A DNA stretch of 64,000 nt from contig CAWHTE010000002.1 in NCBI GenBank assembly GCA_963832165.1, positions 96,001 to 160,000 on the forward strand. Reading direction: 5' to 3'. The translations under genes were made by a program, and so were the position numbers. This DNA comes from an uncultured delta proteobacterium (GTDB taxonomy: Bacteria; Myxococcota_A; UBA9160; SMWR01). The notes beneath the pieces are model-generated. The model made no database searches, was not told the DNA's origin, and worked only from the letters and a program-made list of their open reading frames with translations. This document shows positions 51,442 through 61,800 of the stretch, one piece after another (position 1 is the first letter of the stretch; every line of letters starts with the position of its first letter).

Positions 51442-52895
51442 ATGACCGACCCGAAGCCCATCCCGCTCATGGGGCGGCTCGCCGTCCATCTGAAGATGAT
51501 CAGCATGGATCAGCTCGCGGAGGCGCTGCGCGCCGTGGGCCGGGTCGGCGAGGAGAGCAAGCTCGGCGAGATGATGGTGGAGCTCGGCTTCATCGACCGG
51601 CGCGCGCTCGCCAAGCTGATCGACGCGCAGCGGCAGGTGCTCGCCAAGCACAAGGCGAAGGCGGCGCCGGCCGCCGAGCCGCCGGCCGCTGCGAAGCCCG
51701 TTCCGGCTCCGACTGCCCGGCCCCCGCGCCCGCACCGGCTCGGCAGAAGCCGCAGGCGGCTGCTGCTGCACCACGTGTTGCCGCACCCGCCGAGGGTCCC
51801 GCACCGATCGCGAGCGTCTCCGATTTTTCCGCGCCGACCGACGCCGACGCCGCGCGCTTCGCCGATCTTCTGCGCGGCGCGATCGCGCGCGGCGCTTCCG
51901 ACGTGCACCTGCACGCAGGCGCGCACGTGCAGGTCCGCATCGCGGGTCGGCTCACCGCCGAGGGCGATGCGCCGCTCGAGCGCGCGGCCGGCGAACGCAT
52001 GGTGCTCTCGTTCCTGAGTGCGGCCCAGCGCGAGGTGCTCGCAGCGCGCGGCGAGCTCGACGTCTGTCACACGCTCCCGGGCATCGGCCGCTTCCGCGCC
52101 AACCTCTACTGCGAGCAGCGCGGCCTCGACGGGGTGTTCCGCTTCATCTCCGCGACGCCGCCGACGCTCGAGCAGCTCGGTCTGCCGGCGCAGCTCGCGA
52201 AGTTCACGACCTATCACCAGGGCATGGTCGTGGTGACGGGACCCTCGGGCTGCGGGAAGTCGTCGACGATGGCTGCGCTCGTGAACCTGATCAACGAGGA
52301 GCGCCGCGAGCACATCCTCACGATCGAGGATCCGATCGAGTACGTGCACGAGTCGAAGCGCTGCCTCGTGAACCAGCGCAGCGCAGGAGACCACACGCAG
52401 TCGTTCGCGCGCGCGCTGCGCGCGGCCCTGCGCGAGGACCCGGACGTGATCGTGATCGGCGAGCTGCGCGACCTCGAGACCGTGTCGCTCGCGCTGTCGG
52501 CGGCCGAGACCGGCCACTTCGTGCTCGCCACGCTGCACACCGACAACGCGATCCGCACCGTGAACCGGCTGGTCGGCTCGTTCCCGGCCGACCAGCAGGA
52601 CCAGGTGCGCACGATGCTGTCGGAGTCGCTGCGCGCGGTGATCTCGCAGCGTCTGCTCGCGCGCGCCGACGGACAGGGACGCGTTCCCGCGCTCGAGACG
52701 ATGGTCGTCACGCGCGCGGTCGCGAACCTGATCCGCGAGAACAAGACGTTCCAGATCCACTCGATCCTGCAGACGGGCGCGTCCCAGGGCATGGCGCTGC
52801 TCGACAATTCGATCCGCGAGCTGGTGCAGAAGGGCGTGGTCAGCTCGGAAGAGGCCGCCCGGCACGTCGAGGACGCGAAGGCCGCCGCGGCCTAG
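51442..52895 (+). CDS. pilT: PilT-family ATPase with N-terminal MshEN-like domain, apparent frameshift near 51720
   Basis: LMGRLAVHLKMI...QL..AL / KLGEMMVELGFI....L..LI..Q, Pro/Ala linker, then ASDVHL, GPSGCGKSST, TIEDPIE, LREDPDVI, TLHT, AVANLIRE. Confidence 0.85.
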
Positions 52896-52912
52896 CGAGC
52901 GGGGAGGAGTTC

Positions 52913-53992
52913 ATGGCCGCCATCGATGCGCTGCTGGTCGCTCTGAAGGAGCGCTCGGGCTCCGACCTCCACCTGGCCGCGGGCAACCCTCCGCGCCTGC
53001 GCGTGAAGGGCAACCTCGATCCGATCGAGGGCCAGGGTTCGCTCGACGACGCATCGCTGCGCGCGCTCATGCGCGAGATCGTCTCCGACGAGCAGTGGTC
53101 GGAGTACGAGGCGGACGGCGATCTCGACTTCGCGTACGGGCTGCCCGGCGTGGCGCGCTTCCGCGCGAACTATCTCGTGCAGCAGCACGGCGCGGGCGCG
53201 GTGTTCCGGATCATTCCCGAGCAGATCCTCACGGCCGAGCAGCTCGGGCTGCCGCCCGCGATCATCAAGCTCGCCGATCTGAACAAGGGTCTCGTGCTCG
53301 TGACCGGTCCGACTGGCTCGGGCAAGTCGACCACGCTCGCGGCGATCGTCGACCACATCAACCAGAACCACTGCAAGCACATCGTGACGATCGAGGATCC
53401 GGTCGAGTTCGTGCACCAGAACAACAAGTCGGTGCTCTCGCACCGCGAGGTCGGCTCGCACACCCAGGGCTTCGGTCCCGCACTGCGCGCGGCGATCCGC
53501 CAGGATGCCGACGTGGTGCTCGTGGGCGAGATGCGCGACCGCGAGACGATCGCGCTCGCGATCACGGCCGCCGAGATGGGCATGCTCGTGTTCGGCACGC
53601 TCCATACCAACAGCGCCGCCAAGACGATCGACCGCATCATCGACGCGTTCCCGGCCAAGGAGCAGAACCAGGTGCGGCTCTCGCTCTCCGAGTCGCTCGC
53701 GGCCGTCGTCTCGCAGCTGCTCGTGCCGACGGCCGATGGCAAGGGGCGCTGCGCGGTGCACGAGATCCTGCTGCGCACGTCGGCGCTGCCCAACATCATC
53801 CGCGAGGGGAAGATCACGATGCTGAACTCGCTGATCGAGGGCGGCAAGTCGCAGGGCATGCAGACGATGGACGACACGCTGTTCGCGCTGGTCAAGGCCG
53901 GCAAGATCCGCGGCAGCGACGCCTTCATGAAGGCGGCCAACAAGACGCGCTTCGAGTCGCTCGGCGGCGTCGACGAGCACGCGGCGGCCTGA
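52913..53992 (+). CDS. pilT: Type IV pilus retraction ATPase PilT
   Basis: SDLHL, RFRAN, GPTGSGKSTT, TIEDPVE, GEMRD, GTLHT, NIIREG, GMQTMD. Confidence 0.93.
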   Translation: MAAIDALLVALKERSGSDLHLAAGNPPRLRVKGNLDPIEGQGSLDDASLRALMREIVSDEQWSEYEADGDLDFAYGLPGVARFRANYLVQQHGAGAVFRIIPEQILTAEQLGLPPAIIKLADLNKGLVLVTGPTGSGKSTTLAAIVDHINQNHCKHIVTIEDPVEFVHQNNKSVLSHREVGSHTQGFGPALRAAIRQDADVVLVGEMRDRETIALAITAAEMGMLVFGTLHTNSAAKTIDRIIDAFPAKEQNQVRLSLSESLAAVVSQLLVPTADGKGRCAVHEILLRTSALPNIIREGKITMLNSLIEGGKSQGMQTMDDTLFALVKAGKIRGSDAFMKAANKTRFESLGGVDEHAAA

Positions 53993-54025
53993 CCCGAGGC
54001 CTGGCGCGGCTATCCTTCCGCGCCC

Positions 54026-55216
54026 ATGACCGACCGGACCCGCCGCAGCCTCGGAATCGCCGTATTCCTCGCGCTCGCGATCGCGTTCCTGTCGGCCACC
54101 CACTACTACCTCGCGCTGCGGCTCGCGATCGATCCGGGGTGGCCGGAGCCGTTCCGCTCGCTCGGGGTCGCCGTGATCGCCGCGGGTGCGGTGCTGATCG
54201 TGCTGCATCCGATCGTCGAGCGCGTGCTCCCGCGCGCGGTCGCGCGCTGGGTGTCGTGGCCCGCCTCGATCTGGATGGGGGCGTTCTTCTGGCTGTTGCT
54301 CTTGTTATTCGCGAGCGATGCGCTGCTGTGGCTCGCGGGCGGTGTGGCGCGCGCGGCGGATGCCAGTGCGCCGGGCGAGAGCGCGGCCGGATGGCGAGCG
54401 GGCCTCGTGCTTGTGATCACGGGCATCGCCATCGCGGCGGGGCTGCGCTCGGGACTCGGTCCTCCCTCGCTGCGGACCGAGACGTTCGCGATCGAGCGCT
54501 GGCCGCGCGTGCTCGACGGGTTTCGGATCGTGCAGATCTCCGACATCCACATCGGCCCGCTGCTCGGGCGCGAATTCGCCGCGGAGCTCGCACGGCGCGT
54601 GAACGCGCTCGCGCCCGACCTGATCGCGGTCACGGGCGACCTGGTCGACGGCAGTGCGCCGCGCCTGCGGGACGAGGTGGCACCGTTCGGAGAGCTGCGC
54701 GCGCGCTGCGGCGTGTACTTCGTGACCGGCAACCACGACCATTATTCGGGCGCCAGCCATTGGAGCGACGCAGTGGGCGCGCTCGGCATGCGCGTGCTGC
54801 GCAACGAGCGCGTGGAGGTGGGATCGCCCGGCGCGAGCTTCGATCTCGTGGGCGTCGACGATCACCACGCGCACTTCGCGGGCGACGGTCGCGAGGACCT
54901 CGAGCGCGCGCTGGCAGGGCGCGACCCCGAGCGCGCCGCCGTGCTGCTCGCGCACGACCCCGCCACGTTCGGGCGCGCGCGCGCGCAGGCGATCGATCTC
55001 CAGCTCTCGGGTCACACGCACGGGGGCCAGATCTGGCCGTTCGCGTGGTTCGTGCGGATCGCCACACCCTACGTGGCCGGGCGCTACCGCGACGGCCGGG
55101 CGCAGCTCTACGTGAGTCGCGGCACCGGATTCTGGGGGCCGCCGATGCGCCTGTTTGCACCCGCCGAGATCACCGAGATCATCGTGCGAAGCTTGTCGAA
55201 GGAGGCGACGTCATGA
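54026..55216 (+). CDS. Membrane-bound calcineurin-like metallophosphoesterase
   Basis: N-terminal TM helices; SDIH, TGDLVD, TGNHD, LAH.P, SGHTHGGQ. Confidence 0.92.
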   Translation: MTDRTRRSLGIAVFLALAIAFLSATHYYLALRLAIDPGWPEPFRSLGVAVIAAGAVLIVLHPIVERVLPRAVARWVSWPASIWMGAFFWLLLLLFASDALLWLAGGVARAADASAPGESAAGWRAGLVLVITGIAIAAGLRSGLGPPSLRTETFAIERWPRVLDGFRIVQISDIHIGPLLGREFAAELARRVNALAPDLIAVTGDLVDGSAPRLRDEVAPFGELRARCGVYFVTGNHDHYSGASHWSDAVGALGMRVLRNERVEVGSPGASFDLVGVDDHHAHFAGDGREDLERALAGRDPERAAVLLAHDPATFGRARAQAIDLQLSGHTHGGQIWPFAWFVRIATPYVAGRYRDGRAQLYVSRGTGFWGPPMRLFAPAEITEIIVRSLSKEATS

Positions 55217-56451
55217 TCGAGTGGAGTGAGCAGCATCAGATGATCCGCGACGCCCTGCGCCGCTTCATCGAAGCGGAGATCGCGCCGCAGGTCGAGGCGC
55301 TCGAGCACGGCGACCTCCCGCCCTACGAGATCCTGCGCAAGATGTTTCGCACGTTCGGGCTCGACGAGCTCGCGCGCCAGCGCTTCAAGTCCCAGATCGC
55401 GCGCGAGGGCTCGGAGCGATCGGAGCGGGAGCCGCGCGAGGGCGGCGGCCAGGGCGGAGGCGAGGGGCGCGGCGACGCGGCCGCGATGCCGCTGCTCGCG
55501 ATCATCGAGCTGTGCCGCTACTGCCCGGGCATGGTCACCGCGATGGGCGTCTCGGTGGGGCTCGCCGCCGCGGCGATCCTGTCCAAGGGCACGACGGCGC
55601 AGAAGGAGCGCTGGGCGCTCGACCTGCTCACGTTCGACAAGATCGGCGCGTGGGCGATCACGGAGCCCGATTCGGGATCCGACGCGTTCGGCAGCATGAA
55701 GTCGACCGCGAAGCGCGACGGACAGGGCGGCTACGTGCTGAACGGGACCAAGACCTTCATCACGAACGGGCCCTACGCCGACACGATCGTGTTCATCTGC
55801 AAGCTCGATGAGCCCGGGGTGGCGCCCGCCGATCGGCCTGTACTCACGTTCGTGCTCGACCGCGGGATGCCGGGCCTCACCCAGAGCAAGCCGCTGCGCA
55901 AGATGGGCCTGCACTCGTCTCCGACCGGCGAGCTGTTCCTGCAGGACGTGCGCGTGGGCTCGGAGCGGCTGCTCGGCGAGAGCGAAGCCGCGCAATCGCG
56001 CTCGGGCGCGAAGGCGACCTTCTCGATCGAGCGCACGGGCGTGGCCGCGATGGCGCTCGGGATCGTGGAGCGCTGTCTCGAGCTCTCGCTCGCCTACGCG
56101 CGCGAGCGGGTGCAGTTCGGGAAGCCGATCGGCGAGTTCCAGCTGATCCAGGACAAGCTCGCGCGCATGGAGGTGGCGCGGATGAACCTCCAGAACCTCG
56201 TGTTCCGCCAGGTCGAGCTGGCCGCGGCCGGACGCACCCCCACGCTCGCGGAGGCGTCCGCGATGAAGCTCTACTCGGCGCGCGCGGCGATGGAGGTGGC
56301 GCTCGAGGCGGTGCAGGTCTACGGCGGCAACGGATACATGGCCGAATACCGCGTGGAGCAGTTCGCGCGCGACGCGAAGGTGCTGCAGATCTACGCGGGA
56401 ACCGACGAGATCCAGATCTCCGCGATCGCGCGGTCGCTGCTCGCGGGGTAG
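55213..56451 (+). CDS. Acyl-CoA dehydrogenase
   Basis: AITEPDSGSD, LNGTKTFITN, KMG...SPT, R.QFGKPI..FQ.IQ, GGNGY..EY, IYAGTDEIQ. Confidence 0.94.
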   Translation: MIEWSEQHQMIRDALRRFIEAEIAPQVEALEHGDLPPYEILRKMFRTFGLDELARQRFKSQIAREGSERSEREPREGGGQGGGEGRGDAAAMPLLAIIELCRYCPGMVTAMGVSVGLAAAAILSKGTTAQKERWALDLLTFDKIGAWAITEPDSGSDAFGSMKSTAKRDGQGGYVLNGTKTFITNGPYADTIVFICKLDEPGVAPADRPVLTFVLDRGMPGLTQSKPLRKMGLHSSPTGELFLQDVRVGSERLLGESEAAQSRSGAKATFSIERTGVAAMALGIVERCLELSLAYARERVQFGKPIGEFQLIQDKLARMEVARMNLQNLVFRQVELAAAGRTPTLAEASAMKLYSARAAMEVALEAVQVYGGNGYMAEYRVEQFARDAKVLQIYAGTDEIQISAIARSLLAG

Positions 56452-56614
56452 CGGAACGCTCGCATGGGCCTGTAACGGTTCTCGCGCACCCGAAACCGAA
56501 AAAAACGAGCGCGATCTCTGATCAAGGTGGCTTTCCGTCCCACCGATAGCTCCTTCAAGAACCGGATCTGCGTGCGGGCGAACGGCCCGTGCCTTCCGGC
56601 CGATGGGAGCTCCG

Positions 56615-57262
56615 ATGGCCAAGCGCACCGAGTCGAACAGCCAGGGACGCCGCGACCTCGCGGGCTGGCTGATGATGCTGCTGCCGGGTTTCATGTTCCT
56701 GGGATTGCTCGCGCCCGCTGCGGTGAGCGTGAAGCCGGTCGCTGTGGTCACCGAGCAGACCGACGAGATCTCGTTCCGCAACTTCACGCCGCGTCGCCCG
56801 CTCGCCTCGTCGATCGATATCGCGCGCAGCATCCTCGATACGCCCGCGAATGCGGTCGAGCCGGTGTTCACGGGCGCGACCTACGTCGTCGAGCAGGCCA
56901 AGCGCATCGTCCAGCACGGCAGCACCCCCGACGTGGCGGCGGCTGCCGAAGACAATCAGATCCTGCTCGCGGCCGAGGAGAACGGCGTCGAGGAATACGT
57001 TGCGGACACGCTCTTCGACCAGCCGACGGACACGACGGTGCTCGTGGCCGACCTCTCGCCGGTCTGGGATCCGGCCGTGTTCGACGTGATCCCGGGTTTG
57101 CTCGTGCGCGACGGCTACCAGATGTGGGACGACTTCCACGGCACCGGTACCGGCCGGCCCCTGGGGCCGCCGCGACCGCTCGTGGTTCCGGAGCCCGCGA
57201 CGGGTGCGTTGCTCGCGATCGGTCTCAGCGCGCTCGCGCTGCGCCGCCGAAATCGCGCCTAG
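56615..57262 (+). CDS. PEP-CTERM sorting-domain protein
   Basis: C-terminal VPEPATGALLAIGLSALALRRR; N-terminal hydrophobic helix (alternative start 56603). Confidence 0.85.
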   Translation: MAKRTESNSQGRRDLAGWLMMLLPGFMFLGLLAPAAVSVKPVAVVTEQTDEISFRNFTPRRPLASSIDIARSILDTPANAVEPVFTGATYVVEQAKRIVQHGSTPDVAAAAEDNQILLAAEENGVEEYVADTLFDQPTDTTVLVADLSPVWDPAVFDVIPGLLVRDGYQMWDDFHGTGTGRPLGPPRPLVVPEPATGALLAIGLSALALRRRNRA

Positions 57263-57295
57263 CGATCACTCGCGGCAATAGCCTCTCGGCTCCGA

Positions 57296-57919
57296 TCAGG
57301 CGCGGCGTCGCCGCCGGACGGCGGTCGGCCGTCGCGAGGGCGCCACAGTGAGGGAATCGATCAGCGTCTCTGCTGCACGCGCGTAGGCGTCGACGTCGAG
57401 CTTGGGGTCCCACGCCTGCTGCAACACGAGGCCCTGGAAGAGCGACGCGGTCAGGCGCGCGGTGGCGTCGGCATCCACGCCCGGAATGCGGCGGAACAGC
57501 TTCGCGAGCGCCGCGAGCGGCTCGTCGAGGCCCTCGCGCACCACGCGCATCACGCGCGGGCTGCGCAGCGCCTCGCCCCAGAGCTGCACCGTCACGCGCC
57601 GCCAGGTCTGCTCGCCCGGGTCGGAGAGCCGCAAGAGGAACGCCCGCACGAGGTCGCCCAGTGCCTCGCGCACGTCGTCGCGTTCGGCCGCGTCGCGCAA
57701 GAGCGCGAGCTCCGCGGCGTGGTGGCGCGCCGCGATCGCCGCGATCAGGTCTTCCTTCGCGGGGAAGTAGCGGTAGAGCGCGCCCGGTGAGAGACCCGAC
57801 TCCGCGACGATGTGCTGCATGGTCGTGCGGTGGAAGCCCTCGCGCGCGAAGCAGCGCAGCGCCGCGGCGAGGATCTCCTCGCGGCGGCGGTCGAGGTAGT
57901 CGCGGCTCACGCGCGGCAT
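57296..57919 (-). CDS. TetR/AcrR-family transcriptional regulator
   Basis: RREEILAAA..CFA..GF..TTM..I....GLS.GALY.YF..KEDL. Confidence 0.92.
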   Translation of the reverse strand: MPRVSRDYLDRRREEILAAALRCFAREGFHRTTMQHIVAESGLSPGALYRYFPAKEDLIAAIAARHHAAELALLRDAAERDDVREALGDLVRAFLLRLSDPGEQTWRRVTVQLWGEALRSPRVMRVVREGLDEPLAALAKLFRRIPGVDADATARLTASLFQGLVLQQAWDPKLDVDAYARAAETLIDSLTVAPSRRPTAVRRRRRA

Positions 57920-58743
57920 CGCACCGAGACCACGTGGTAGTAGGCCGAGACGGGTGGACCCGCCTCGGGGTAGTACAGGCGCGCCGCTTCGGAGAGCGGC
58001 AGGTCACACTCGAGCTCGAGCCCTCGGTCGGCCAGGTACGCGCGCAGCTCGCCCGGATCGAAGCCGAACGTGAACGGCTCGCCGAGCCCCTTCACGTAGG
58101 CGACCGACTCGGGCCCACCCGCGAAGTCGGCGCGCCCGTCCAGCACGGCGCGGTCCACGTACGTGAACAGCAGGGCCTGGCCTGCGCGCGCGACGAAGCG
58201 CAGCGTCGCGTCGACGGTGGGCTCGTCGAGATAGTTCGTGACGCCTTCCCAGAGGAAGAGCGTGCGCACTTCAGGTTTCAGGCCAGCGCGCGCGAGCGCG
58301 TCGGGCAGCGCGTCGCGCGTGAGATCGACGGGCACATAGGTCACGTGGGCGGGAGCCGCGCCGACGACGCGGCGCTTCATCGCCTGCGTGGCGGGGTGGT
58401 CGACCTCGAACACGCGCACGCGCTCGACGCCGGGCAGACGGTGTGCGCGCGCGTCGAAGCCCGCTCCGAGCAGCACGAGCTGGTCGAGCCCGTGCGCGAG
58501 ACGAGCGGCGATCGCGTCGTCGAGCCAGCGCGTGCGCACGCACACGGCCGCGCGCGGTCCGGGCCAGCGCGCGTCGATCGCGCGCGCGAGCGCGGCCGCG
58601 GGCAGCAGCGCCGCGAGCCGATAGCGCCCGCGCAGGAAACGCCGCGCCCACGGATCGGCGAACAGCGGGCGGGGCAGGCGCTGCTCGAGCGCGCGGAAGA
58701 GCGCGTTGTGCTGGGCGGTGCGGCTGGGGCGGCCGGCGAGCAT
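57907..58743 (-). CDS. SAM-dependent methyltransferase (leucine carboxyl methyltransferase-like)
   Basis: LF.DPWA, RTRWLDD, QLVLLGAGFDARA, FEVDHP, PVDL, WEGVTNYL. Confidence 0.9.
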   Translation of the reverse strand: MLAGRPSRTAQHNALFRALEQRLPRPLFADPWARRFLRGRYRLAALLPAAALARAIDARWPGPRAAVCVRTRWLDDAIAARLAHGLDQLVLLGAGFDARAHRLPGVERVRVFEVDHPATQAMKRRVVGAAPAHVTYVPVDLTRDALPDALARAGLKPEVRTLFLWEGVTNYLDEPTVDATLRFVARAGQALLFTYVDRAVLDGRADFAGGPESVAYVKGLGEPFTFGFDPGELRAYLADRGLELECDLPLSEAARLYYPEAGPPVSAYYHVVSVRCRA

Positions 58744-58754
58744 CCACTTCTCCG

Positions 58755-58776
58755 AGTCTAAATAGAACGGACGTTC
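58755..58776 (-). promoter_or_regulatory. Putative promoter and TetR operator of the methyltransferase-tetR operon
   Basis: Minus-strand TAGACT (58760-58755) with palindrome GAACG-GA-CGTTC (58765-58776) in an AT-richer patch. Confidence 0.45.
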
Positions 58777-58805
58777 GCTTTATATCGGGCCGGCCGCGTG
58801 CAGTC

Positions 58806-58833
58806 AAGGCGGGATCCGCGTTTCGGCTCCTCC
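58806..58833 (-). repeat. Degenerate REP type 1
   Basis: AAGGCGGGATCCGCGTTTCGGCTCCTCC, close to the reverse complement of the type 1 consensus. Confidence 0.55.
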
Positions 58834-58869
58834 GTGGGCGGCGGCGTCGGTGAGAGGCGGATGGCCGCC

Positions 58870-61800
58870 CTACGCGATCAGGGCGCGCAGCGCTTCGCCG
58901 ACCTCGGCCGCGTGCGCAGGCCGCTCGGCCGGCTGCTTGGCCAGCATGCGCAGGATCAGCGTCGCGAGCTCGGCCGGCACGGTCGTCTCGATCTCGCGCG
59001 GGTCGGGCGGCGGCTCGTGCGCGTGCAGGTAGGCGATGTCGCCGTCGGAGAACGGCAGTGCGCCGGTCACGAGCTGGAACAGCGTTACGCCGAACGCGTA
59101 CAGGTCGGCGCGGTGGTCGACGCCCTGGCCGCGCGCCTGCTCGGGCGCCATGTAGTAGGGCGTGCCGCCCACGACGGTGGTGGAGCGGCGGACCTCCTCG
59201 AGCGACTTCGCGATCCCGAAGTCCATGATCTTCACGAGCTGATCCTTGGTGAAGAACAGGTTCGCGGTCTTGATGTCGCGGTGCACGATCCTGCGCTCAT
59301 GCGCGTAGTGCAGGCCCGCGGCGATCTGCGAGCCGATCCGCGCGGTGTCGCGCGCGGTGAGCTTCTTGCGGCGCGAGAGGATGTCGTTGAGCGCGCGGCC
59401 CTCGAGCAGCTCCATCGAGATGAAGTAGGTGCCGTCCTCGTGGCCCGCATCGAAGATCGTCACGATGTTGCGGTGATTGAGCGCAGCTGCGGCGCGCGCC
59501 TCGCGCTCGAACAGCTCCACCGCGGTCGGGTGCTCGCGCAGGTTGTCGGGCAGGCGCTTGAGCGCGACGACGCGTCCGAGGCGCTTGTCGCGCGCCTTGT
59601 ACACCACGCCCATGCCGCCGCGACCGATCTCCTCGAGCAGCTCGTAGCGGCTCTCGGCGCGCTGCGTCGGCGCGGTGCGCTCCGGCGGTCGGGTGGCCTC
59701 GGCCGCGATCTCGCTGCGCAGCTCCTGGATGCGCGCGGTGAGGTCGGTGCGCTGGACGTCGCGGCGCTGGATCGTCTCGAAGGTCGAGAGCGCCTGCTCG
59801 CGCCGGCGCGCGCGCACGAGGATCTCCGCGTAGCTCTCGAGCACGTCGAGCGAGGCCGACTCGATGCCCGACGGCCCGAGCGCCTCCTCGAACTTCGCGA
59901 CCGCGAGATCGTGGTCGCCGCGCTCGGAGACGATCTCCGCGATCACGCGGCTGACGTGGCGGTAGTCGGTGTGGCGCGCGTCGATCAGCTGGAGGTTGTG
60001 GATCGCGCGGTCGAGGTCGCCCATCCCGCGCGCGATCTGCGCGGCGTCCTGGTACTCACCGAGCTTCTCGAGCAGGTCGAGCTGGCGCGCTTCGTCGCCC
60101 TGCTCGCGCCAGCACTCGAGCGCGTTGCCGTAGTCGTAGATCTCCTCGTAGCAGCGCGCGGCCTCGGCCCACTCGCCAGCGGCGCGGCGCGCGGCGGCGG
60201 CCTGCGCGAGATTGCCCGATTGCTCGTACAGCGCCGCCGAGGCCGAGTGATCGGCGTCGGAGGCGCGCAGCGCGGCGGCCTGGGTGAGATCGCCGAGCGC
60301 CTCGAGCTCGGCCGCGGCGTCGCCGGAGCGTCCCGATCGCTCGAGCAGCCCGGCGCGCAGCCGTCGCGCGGCGCTGTCGTTGCCGGCCGCCGCGAGCGCG
60401 TCCGCGGCGGTGGCGTGGTCGCCGACGAGATAGGGCTCGACCGCAGCCGGGCAGCCGCGGAACACCGCGTCGCATTCGGCGAGGTCGATGTGCAGCGGGA
60501 TCGCGGAGTCGAGATTCTCGATTCGCACCTGGAACGCGCCGACGGTGTCCTTGGAGCCGATCAGGATCGTGTAGTCGCCGCGGCCCAGATAGAGATAGAC
60601 GATGCCGTCGCGCGCATAGCGCATCGAAGAGCGGTCGCCTGCGATCGCGACGCGCGCCGAGGCGACGCTGCGCCCTTCTTCGTTCACCTTCACCTCGACA
60701 GCGCACTCGCGCGGCCGGAAGTCGAAGTCCACCTGGTTGACCGCGCCGCGCCGCACGCGGATCTTCTGCTCCTCGAGGAAGTGCCCGATGATCTCCTTGC
60801 CCGTCGCGTCGAGCAGCGGCCCGCCCACCGTGATCGTGTAGTCCGAGCGGCGCGCGGGGATCCAGCGGAACGTGCTTTCGCGCCCCGCCATGTGCGACTC
60901 GTAGCGGCGCAGGAAGTCGAGCTTTCGCTTCGAGCGGATCTTCTCGCGGCCGGTCTTCTTGCTGACGCGCTTCTGCGCGACCTGATCGGAGCGCTTGGTG
61001 ATGTGGATGCTGAAGTAGCCCTTGGTCTTGTCGGGCAGCGCGATGCGCACGACCACGGTGCCCCAGCCGCGCAGCATCGGGAACAGCACGAACAGCGCGA
61101 ACAGGACGTAGGCCGCGAACGCGTCGTAGTTCCACGTCACCCAGGCAGCGCTGTCCGAGGCGATGCACTCGGTGGCGCTGAGGATCTGCACGAACTGCGG
61201 ATCCGACCCGTGCAGGAAGCGCGTCTCGACGGCGAACGTGCCCTGCTCGCACGCGATGCCCGCGTAGTCCTGCGGACGCACCAGCAGGCGCGAGACGAAC
61301 ACACCGTCGGTGCCGAGCACGCCGTTCACGCTCGCGATCGCGTCGGCCGAGAGCGAGTCCGGGCGGTCGAACGCGAACAGCTGGTCGATGCGGTCACCGA
61401 GCACGGTCAGATCGACGCCATCGATCGGCCGCGCCGGTGCGAAGTGCGCCGCGACCGCGCCCGCAATCGCGCTCTCGAGCGCGTCCGCGCTGGGCTCGCG
61501 CGGGCGCGCGTAGCGCCACAGCCAGGCCCGCCAGTCGTTCGGTTCGCGCACGCCGATCAGCACGGCGGGCCGGCGGCTCGCCTGCGGGATGCCCGCGGCG
61601 AAGCTCGTGATCATGGCGTCGAGGTCGCCGTTTCCCGCCGCGCGCTCGGGGGCGGCTCCGCTCGCGGACGCGGGCGTGCCCGCGAGGCGGCCCGCGAGCG
61701 CTCGCTGGCCCGCAGCGCCCGCGGCGTCGGCGACCGCTTCGAGGATCCCCGCGAGCTGCTCGCGCAGCGAGGGGTCGTCGGGCTCGATCGACACCGCGCG

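Noticed and set aside
53095..56451. 1118-aa fusion ORF ending in acyl-CoA dehydrogenase
   Set aside because: The upstream part is an alternative-frame read-through of pilT and the phosphoesterase. The real start is ATG 55213 after AAGGAGG.
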